DNA of 13,761 nt. It comes from Gemmatimonadota bacterium (lineage in GTDB: Bacteria; Gemmatimonadota; Gemmatimonadetes; Longimicrobiales; Gaopeijiaceae). The stretch covers positions 1-13,761 of the forward strand of contig JBDHHQ010000106.1 in the NCBI GenBank assembly GCA_039589315.1, given 5' to 3'. The translations under genes were made by a program, and so were the position numbers. The first letter of the stretch is position 1, and every line of letters starts with the position of its first letter. Of this stretch, positions 8,226-13,761 are shown piece after piece. Below the pieces are notes generated by a model. It saw nothing but the letters and a program-made list of their open reading frames with translations, did not search any database and was not told where the DNA came from.

Positions 8226-9257
8226 TCACACTCCCGGAGGGAAAGGTCTCCTCGGGTGCCGCGCCTCCCACGCGAAGTTCATGTAGCTCTCCGCATTCAG
8301 CACCCTGAGAGAGGGGCGCAGTCTCCTCATCCTCGCGCCATCTTCCTGAAAGTTGTAGGCATGGTCGTCGATCAGCTCCGGAGCTCCGACGAAATGTGCC
8401 AACTCGTGAATGTGGACGAGCGCTCGGCTGTCATCGTTGTTCAACTTGGTGAACGCCGCGCTTATGAAGATAGAGTCGAGGCGGACTATCTTGCCCCTGT
8501 CGGATCTGAACTGCCCATTCCTGAAGAATCCGCCATAATTCGTGTAGGCCAGGTTCTTGTCTTTCAGCTGATCCGGCTCGAAGGTCGCCGGTCCCCACAG
8601 TCCGCCGGGCCTCTGGAGGACTTGATCCATGCGGTTGTAGACACCGCGAATGATGCGAAACAGTCGCTGTTTGCCGCTACTGAACCCGACCTTGTCCAGC
8701 GCGAAATGCTTGTTCACGAGCGTGACGCCGGCCTCCGAGATCGGCGTCAATGGCAGGCCCCTCTCAATGTGACTCGCGGCAGCGGTCAGCTTGAAGTCCA
8801 CTGCGCGGAGAAGCGTCCGCACTACCCGAAAGCTGTTAGTCAGGTCAGGGAGCTTCACGACGCTACTGGGCGCAGAAGCGGTCGTCGCCTTGGCAGCGAA
8901 CGTGGACCCGGCGACCAAGTTCAACTTGGCTATGGTCTGCTTGAGCGGCTCGACAAGTCCATCGGCACCTTGCCAGCCAAAGTGCTTCAACTGGAAGACC
9001 TGGATGGCCTTGTTGGTTTTGGGACCACACTTGCCGTCGACATCGAGTCGGGGGTTGGCACCTCCTTGATCGATCGCGACGCGGTTCAGGGCGCCCTGTA
9101 TCGTGACCGTATCGTCGGGCAAGTTCCTGCCCCGGATGCCCACGGGGGAGGAGATCGCGATAACTCCGCCCACCGTACCGGGTGCCGTGCCCTCTCCGAT
9201 CTGTGACAGATCCAGCTTGGTGCACTCGGTCTGGAACCCCTTGGAAACGAACAGCAT
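8226..9257 (-). CDS. Peptidoglycan-binding-like domain fused to an M35 (aspzincin)-like zinc metalloprotease
   Basis: N-terminal DTVTIQGALN...LDVDGKCGPKTNKAIQVFQ...ADGLVEP (PG-binding-like). C-terminal HELAH, then DHAY (DxxY) and NAESY (compare M35 NADSY). AAGGAGAG RBS upstream of ATG 9257. Confidence 0.75.
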   Translation of the reverse strand: MLFVSKGFQTECTKLDLSQIGEGTAPGTVGGVIAISSPVGIRGRNLPDDTVTIQGALNRVAIDQGGANPRLDVDGKCGPKTNKAIQVFQLKHFGWQGADGLVEPLKQTIAKLNLVAGSTFAAKATTASAPSSVVKLPDLTNSFRVVRTLLRAVDFKLTAAASHIERGLPLTPISEAGVTLVNKHFALDKVGFSSGKQRLFRIIRGVYNRMDQVLQRPGGLWGPATFEPDQLKDKNLAYTNYGGFFRNGQFRSDRGKIVRLDSIFISAAFTKLNNDDSRALVHIHELAHFVGAPELIDDHAYNFQEDGARMRRLRPSLRVLNAESYMNFAWEARHPRRPFPPGV

Positions 9258-9449
9258 GGCGGCTCTCCTTCGTGCTCTCGCCCGTGGCGATCGGCGATAA
9301 CAGCGCGAGTCGGCCGGACTGGGCCATCAGGCCGCGGGACGCGGCGCGGCTCTGATTCTGCTTTGGTTGAGGTGAGGCCGCCATCCCTCGCCTCGAGGCG
9401 GCAAGCGAACCGTGGGCCGCCGTCTCGAGCCTGAACCGCCGGCGGGGGC

Positions 9450-10105
9450 CGTGAGCCACGATACCGAAAGCGACCGCCGGGAGCAGGGACGGGAGTCTGG
9501 CGCGAGTGCTCCGCGAGCTCAGCGATCCTTCCCGCCGTCGAGGGGCAGCAGCCAGATCCCACGATTCGGGGAGCGAACGGCGAAGACGAGCGAGAGTCCG
9601 TCGGGTGTCCATCGTAGCTCGGATTCGACTGCGTCGTCGTTCGTGACGCGGACCTCGGTGCCCTCCGGCTCTCCCGGCGTCGGGACCGCGACGACCAAGT
9701 GCCGTTCGTCCGGCGAGAAGGCGAAGTCCGCCACGAAGTCGACAGGCAGGTGGAGCGTGTCGACTCGACTCTCGCGCTGCACGACGATCCGGTTTCCTCT
9801 GGAAGAGTGGGGTAGGTAGGCCACCCCGCCCTGCAGGGGCCGTGGCGCGAGACCCCGCGTCGCCAGCGTGTCGCGCCGCCCGTCAGCGAGCCGCGACCGG
9901 ACGATGCGTGTGCTCGTGGAATCCATCGAGAACACGAGTCCGGAGCCGTCGGGAAGGAATGAGGGGGTGTCCGGCTCTCCCGTGAGCAGCAGAGGCTTCG
10001 GGGTTTCGGTGGCGAGATCGGCGGTGAAGAGCCCGAGGCCCGCCATGTCGCTCACGAAGGCCACCGATCCTCCGTCCGGAGACACGGCGGCCCGCCAGCC
10101 AACGA
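9450..10105 (-). pseudogene. Fragment of a TolB/PD40 beta-propeller protein
   Basis: ORF 10085-9519 consists of propeller blades (VSPDGGSVAFVS, FLPDGSGLVFS, FSPDERHLVV, WTPDGLSLVF). It starts mid-blade with an in-frame TGA about 11 codons upstream and no signal peptide. A blade-like continuation (LSSRSTRARLPSLLPAVAF) follows in another frame after the stop. Boundaries are approximate. Confidence 0.6.
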
Positions 10106-10213
10106 AAACGGACTTTCATCAAGCTGCGGTGTAAGTGCCCGATAGGCTCGAGTCTGTCGGGAAGAGGTGGAGAGCCTCGTGCACGACGAGACCCAGGACG
10201 CTCCGGGGGGTCT

Positions 10214-10241
10214 TTGGGCACCGACGGAAAGCGTGTATACT
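10214..10241 (+). promoter_or_regulatory. Putative sigma70-like promoter for the DsrE gene
   Basis: TTGGGC (10214-10219), 16-nt spacer, TATACT (10236-10241). Confidence 0.4.
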
Positions 10242-10315
10242 CTCCGCCCCTCAGAGCTCGGGGCGCTCGACGCTCCAGGTCAGAAACGTCTGGACAACAA
10301 CTCAAGGAGGTGAGC

Positions 10316-10687
10316 ATGTCCGAGGGGACGAGAAAGCTGGTCATCGTGATCACCGCAGGAATGGACGACGAGCGGGCCTCGGTGGCGTGGAGCGTGGCCA
10401 ACGGAGCTCTCAACACCGGGCTCGAGCTCACGGTGTTTCTAACGAGCTCCGCCGTCGACTTCGCCAGGAAGGGTGCTGCCGACAAGGTGCATTTGAATCC
10501 TCTTGACCCGACCGTGGGCGAGATGATCAATACCGTTTTATCCCGGGGAGGCCGCTTGTTGGTCTGCCCCCCGTGCGCCAAGGTCAGGGGCTATTCCGAG
10601 GAAGACCTGCTCGATGGAGTCGTCATCACGGGGTCCGGTGCCATCCATGAGCTCATCCGGGACGGTGCGGCGACGCTGAGCTTCTAG
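10316..10687 (+). CDS. DsrE/DsrF-like family protein with CxxC motif
   Basis: Strong RBS AAGGAGGTGA before ATG 10316. KLVIVITAG...ANGAL...LTVFLTSSAV...LLVCPPCAKVRG...LLDGVVITGS...ATLSF matches the DsrE fold pattern. Confidence 0.85.
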   Translation: MSEGTRKLVIVITAGMDDERASVAWSVANGALNTGLELTVFLTSSAVDFARKGAADKVHLNPLDPTVGEMINTVLSRGGRLLVCPPCAKVRGYSEEDLLDGVVITGSGAIHELIRDGAATLSF

Positions 10688-10723
10688 GCGCACCTCAGGC
10701 ACCGCGAGAGCTGGGTCCTGCGC

Positions 10724-10778
10724 GGGCGTGAAGGTCGGCCTCTTGGTGCCAGAGGGACTTCGAGGCCGACCGACGCCC
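10724..10778 (+). other. Strong intergenic stem-loop between dsrE-like and dmpA-like genes
   Basis: GGGCGT/ACGCCC outer stem plus a perfect 10-bp inner stem GGTCGGCCTC (10733-10742)/GAGGCCGACC (10762-10771). No U-tract follows. Confidence 0.55.
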
Positions 10779-10843
10779 ACCCTCTCACAGCGGACATAGG
10801 TCGGCGGCGAGCCCATGCAGTCGCGAACGGAGGAAGATATTCG

Positions 10844-12097
10844 ATGACCCGAATACCCATCTTGATGCTTGCCCTCGCCCTGAGCTCCTCCGCTGCAGCG
10901 GGGCAAGGCACACCCGACGCCCGGGCGCTGGGCGTCGGGCTCGAAGGAACCCCTGGACAATTCAATGCGATCACCGACGTCACCGGCGTGGAGGTCGGCC
11001 ATACGACCCTCGTCCGCGGAGTCGGGCCCCTGGTGGTGGGGCAGGGGCCGGTGCGCACCGGCGTAACCGCGATCCTCCCACGAGGGCGGGCGGCGGGAGA
11101 TTCGGCGTTCGCGGCCTGGTTCAGCCTCAACGGAAACGGCGAGATGACCGGGACGACCTGGATCGACGAGGGCGGGCTCCTCGAAAGCCCGATCCTCATC
11201 ACCAACACGCACAGCGTGGGGGTCGCCCGCGACGCGGTCGTCGACTGGATGAAGCGGCGCGACCCGACGTTCCTTTGGGCGCTGCCGGTGGTCGCCGAGA
11301 CGTACGACGGCAGCCTGAACGACATCAACGGCTTCCACGTCCGGCCGGAGCACGTCTTCGAGGCTCTCGACGGCGCTCGGTCCGGCCCGGTCCAGCAGGG
11401 GGCCGTCGGTGGCGGCACGGGCATGATCTGCCACCGATTCAAGGGTGGGATTGGCAGCGCGTCCCGGGTCCTGCCGGCCGACGCCGGTGGATACACGGTC
11501 GGCATACTGGTGCAGTGCAACCAGGGCGCCAGGAGGGACCTGCGCATCCGGGGCATGCCCGTCGGAGAGCTGCTCGCGGAACCGGCGATCTGCTACGCGG
11601 ATCACTCGATCCCCGCGGAGGTTCGCTCGCGCGGCGTGCCGTTCTGCGCGGGCGCCACGGGCGAAGGTCCGAGCGCGCTCGGCGCGGCCGAACCGACCCC
11701 CGACGGGGCGGGCTCCATCATCATCGTGCTCGCCACCGACGCGCCGCTGCTCCCCACACAGATCGAACGGCTGGTCAAGCGTACCGCCCTGGGGCTAGCC
11801 CGCATCGGTGGGATGGGGTACAACGGCTCCGGCGATATCTTCGTTGGCTTCAGCACGGCGAACCGCGAGGCCGCGGCGGAGCGCGGGCGCGTCGTGGGGC
11901 TCGAGATGCTACCCAACGATCGCATCAACCCGCTCATCGTGGCCTCTGTGCAAGCAACCGAAGAGGCGATCCTCAACGCGATGCTCGCGGCGGAGACGCT
12001 CACGGGCATCAATGGATACCGCGTGCCCGCGCTCCCCCACGAGCGCCTGCGCGAGATCATGACCCGAGGCGATGGGCCCGGGCAGCAGAGGCCATGA
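10844..12097 (+). CDS. dmpA: DmpA/BapA-like P1 (S58) family aminopeptidase with signal peptide
   Basis: GGAGG RBS; signal-peptide-like MTRIPILMLALALSSSAAA; NAITDVTGVEVGH, RTGVTAILP, NGNGEMTG, TNTHSVG, PVVAETYDG, GAVGGGTGM, GIGSASR motifs; G|SIIIVLATDAP autoprocessing site; SGDIF. Confidence 0.92.
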   Translation: MTRIPILMLALALSSSAAAGQGTPDARALGVGLEGTPGQFNAITDVTGVEVGHTTLVRGVGPLVVGQGPVRTGVTAILPRGRAAGDSAFAAWFSLNGNGEMTGTTWIDEGGLLESPILITNTHSVGVARDAVVDWMKRRDPTFLWALPVVAETYDGSLNDINGFHVRPEHVFEALDGARSGPVQQGAVGGGTGMICHRFKGGIGSASRVLPADAGGYTVGILVQCNQGARRDLRIRGMPVGELLAEPAICYADHSIPAEVRSRGVPFCAGATGEGPSALGAAEPTPDGAGSIIIVLATDAPLLPTQIERLVKRTALGLARIGGMGYNGSGDIFVGFSTANREAAAERGRVVGLEMLPNDRINPLIVASVQATEEAILNAMLAAETLTGINGYRVPALPHERLREIMTRGDGPGQQRP

Positions 12098-12189
12098 GCG
12101 ATGCGTCGATTCGGCCCGTGTGGTGGGTGCCAACAGCGAAGGAGGGCAATTCACCCTCGTATCTCGCCGCCCTTGACGTTTTGGCATGA
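12094..12189 (+). other. 31-codon ORF overlapping both neighbours by ATGA (peptide or 5' remnant of a disrupted gene)
   Basis: ATG 12094 overlaps the dmpA TGA. It reads MSDASIRPVWWVPTAKEGNSPSYLAALDVLA*, and its TGA (12187-12189) overlaps ATG 12186. Confidence 0.35.
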
Positions 12190-12222
12190 CTAATGCCATT
12201 ATGCGTCCCATAATGGCATTAG
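12173..12222 (+). promoter_or_regulatory. Promoter with perfect 14-bp palindromic operator overlapping the ATPase start
   Basis: TTGACG (12173-12178), 18 nt, then TG-c-CATTAT (-10 at 12197-12202). Inverted repeat CTAATGCCATTATG (12190-12203), CGTCC, CATAATGGCATTAG (12209-12222). Confidence 0.7.
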
Positions 12223-13373
12223 CGCATCGATTCCTCGAATTGCCCGCGAGCCATTTCTTCCTCTTCGGGCCACGAGGGACGGGCAAAACGACCTGGCTCG
12301 GGGAGCGACTAGGCGAGGCTCTGCACGTGGATCTGCTTCGCCCGGAGGTGTACCGCCGGTTGAGGGCTCGTCCCGAACGACTGCGGGAGCTCGTCCTCGG
12401 CACACCGTCGGAGCAGCGCGACGTGGTGATCGATGAGGTGCAGCGGGCGCCGGAGCTTCTGAACGTCGTCCACGAACTGATCGAGTCCGGTCCCCCGAAG
12501 CGGTACGTGCTCACTGGCTCGAGTGCTCGGAAGCTCAGGCGTGGAGGTGTTGACCTTCTGGGAGGCCGCGCGGTCCTCCGAACCCTGCATCCCTTCATGG
12601 CCGCGGAGTGGTCGCGGTTCGAGTTGGCCCAGGCGCTCAGTCACGGCCTCGTTCCTTTGGTTGTGGACGCGCCCGATCCGGCGGACGTCCTCCACGGATA
12701 CGCCGTGCTCTACCTGGAGCAGGAAGTGAAGGCAGAAGGGGTCGTGCGGAATCTCGGCCAATTCGCGCGGTTTCTGGAGGCGGTCACCTTCTCCCACGCC
12801 GCAGTGCTCAACGTGAGCAACGTGGCGAGAGACAGTGAGGCGAAGCGGAAGACCGTGGCGGGGTTTCTGGAGGTCCTCGAGGACCTGCTGCTCGCGTACC
12901 GCCTGGAGGTGTTCACGCGCCGCGCGAAGCGGCAGACCGCTGCCCATCCCAAGCTCTATCTGTTCGATGCCGGGGTCTTCCGCTCGTTGAGGCCGTCGGG
13001 TCCCCTGGACCGACCCGAGGAGATCGAGGGCGCCGCCTTGGAAGGGCTGGTGGCGCAACACCTTCGCGCGTGGGTGGCATACTCGCCGACACGATTCGAG
13101 CTGAAGACCTGGCGGACTCGGTCGGGTGTCGAGGTCGACTTCGTCCTCTATGGGCCAGAGGGGTTCTGGGCCGTAGAAGTGAAGAACTCCCGGACGGTAC
13201 GCCCAGCGGACCTTCGTGGGCTGCGGGCCTTCGGAGAAGACTATCCCGAAGCCGAGTGCCTGCTCGTGTACCGAGGCGATCGCCGGCTGAAGAAGGGCAA
13301 TGTGCTTTGCCTACCGGCGGAGTCGTTCCTTACGGCTCTTCGACCCGGGCGGGAGCCGGGCGCTGGCGCTTGA
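12213..13373 (+). CDS. COG1373-type AAA+ ATPase (AAA_14 + DUF4143) with C-terminal PD-(D/E)xK-like motif
   Basis: Walker A GPRGTGKT, Walker B VVIDEVQR, LTGSS, LLGGRA...LHPF, HPKLYLFDAG, GAALEGLV, and C-terminal EVDFV...AVEVK. Start is ATG 12213, or 12186 as in the ORF track. Confidence 0.9.
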   Translation: MALAHRFLELPASHFFLFGPRGTGKTTWLGERLGEALHVDLLRPEVYRRLRARPERLRELVLGTPSEQRDVVIDEVQRAPELLNVVHELIESGPPKRYVLTGSSARKLRRGGVDLLGGRAVLRTLHPFMAAEWSRFELAQALSHGLVPLVVDAPDPADVLHGYAVLYLEQEVKAEGVVRNLGQFARFLEAVTFSHAAVLNVSNVARDSEAKRKTVAGFLEVLEDLLLAYRLEVFTRRAKRQTAAHPKLYLFDAGVFRSLRPSGPLDRPEEIEGAALEGLVAQHLRAWVAYSPTRFELKTWRTRSGVEVDFVLYGPEGFWAVEVKNSRTVRPADLRGLRAFGEDYPEAECLLVYRGDRRLKKGNVLCLPAESFLTALRPGREPGAGA

Positions 13374-13375
13374 TC

Positions 13376-13531
13376 AGACCGGGAGAGACCCTTGGATTCG
13401 ACACCACCGGAATGGGCGACGTCGATGGCGACGGACACATCGACTGGCTGGTCACATCGGCGTGGAGCGCGGTGACGGGCAGCCGATCGGGCCGCATGTA
13501 CATCATCTCGGGGGCGCCGGCGGAGGGCTGA
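13376..13531 (+). pseudogene. C-terminal remnant of an FG-GAP/integrin-alpha repeat protein
   Basis: PGETLGFDTTGMGDVDGDGHIDWLVTSAWSAVTGSRSGRMYIISG...* contains a DxDxDG calcium blade and a GRxYIISG end. It begins right after the ATPase stop, with no convincing start or RBS. Confidence 0.7.
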
Positions 13532-13630
13532 GAGGCTCCGGGGGTGCCGCCGCCATGGAAGGCGTCGGAGTCAACCACCCCCGACCGAGGCGTGCAGGCC
13601 TGTCGTCTTCGGGACTCTCGACACGGGACG

Positions 13631-13664
13631 AGGGCCTCCCCCTCCCACAGGAGAGGAAGGCCTT
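13631..13664. terminator. Imperfect hairpin between convergent units, possible terminator
   Basis: AGGGCCTCCCCCTCC-CACA-GGAGAGGAAGGCCTT pairs with two mismatches. It has only a weak U-tail. Confidence 0.35.
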
Positions 13665-13675
13665 GTTCAAGCGCG

Positions 13676-13759
13676 CTAGAACGTGTCGGGGAATGGCAGG
13701 AAGACTTCTGGAAGCTCGGTGTTGCCCGGCGCTTCCGCGCCTGCCTCAGGGATGATCGG
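13676..13759 (-). CDS. 3' end of an unknown gene entering from the right edge
   Basis: Open minus frame PIIPEAGAEAPGNTELPEVFLPFPDTF* ending in TAG at 13678-13676, just before the hairpin. Confidence 0.4.
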   Translation of the reverse strand, partial: PIIPEAGAEAPGNTELPEVFLPFPDTF

Positions 13760-13761
13760 GC

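Noticed and set aside
8256..9206. 316-aa plus-strand ORF opposite the protease
   Set aside because: Codon-aligned antisense frame. The minus strand has the RBS and the motifs.
10538..11605. 355-aa and 290-aa minus-strand ORFs
   Set aside because: Shadows of the dmpA-like gene.
1..13761. CRISPR array, rRNA, tRNA, transposase or integrase
   Set aside because: No regularly spaced repeats, RNA gene signatures, or DDE/tyrosine/serine recombinase motifs were seen.

Overview
GC-rich bacterial window. The kinase/TolB/TPR architectures resemble the families expanded in Gemmatimonadota and similar phyla (inference only). Apparently intact genes: two membrane-anchored TolB-N/TPR proteins (74-2413 minus, 6645-8222 plus), a Hanks-type Ser/Thr kinase with a TolB/PD40 propeller, a small GIY-YIG-like nuclease, a MazF/PemK toxin, a lower-GC peptidoglycan-binding + M35-like HEXXH metalloprotease, a DsrE-family CxxC protein, a secreted DmpA/P1 aminopeptidase and a COG1373-type AAA+ ATPase with a PD-(D/E)xK-like tail. 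Between them lie four 5'-truncated remnants that the ORF track does not show as such: a DUF2177-like membrane gene, a DUF3018/MazE-like antitoxin, a TolB propeller and an FG-GAP protein. This points to a gene-swapping hotspot with no visible transposase or integrase. The clearest non-coding signal is a perfect 14-bp inverted repeat over the promoter and start codon of the ATPase. All family assignments come from motif recognition by eye, not database searches.
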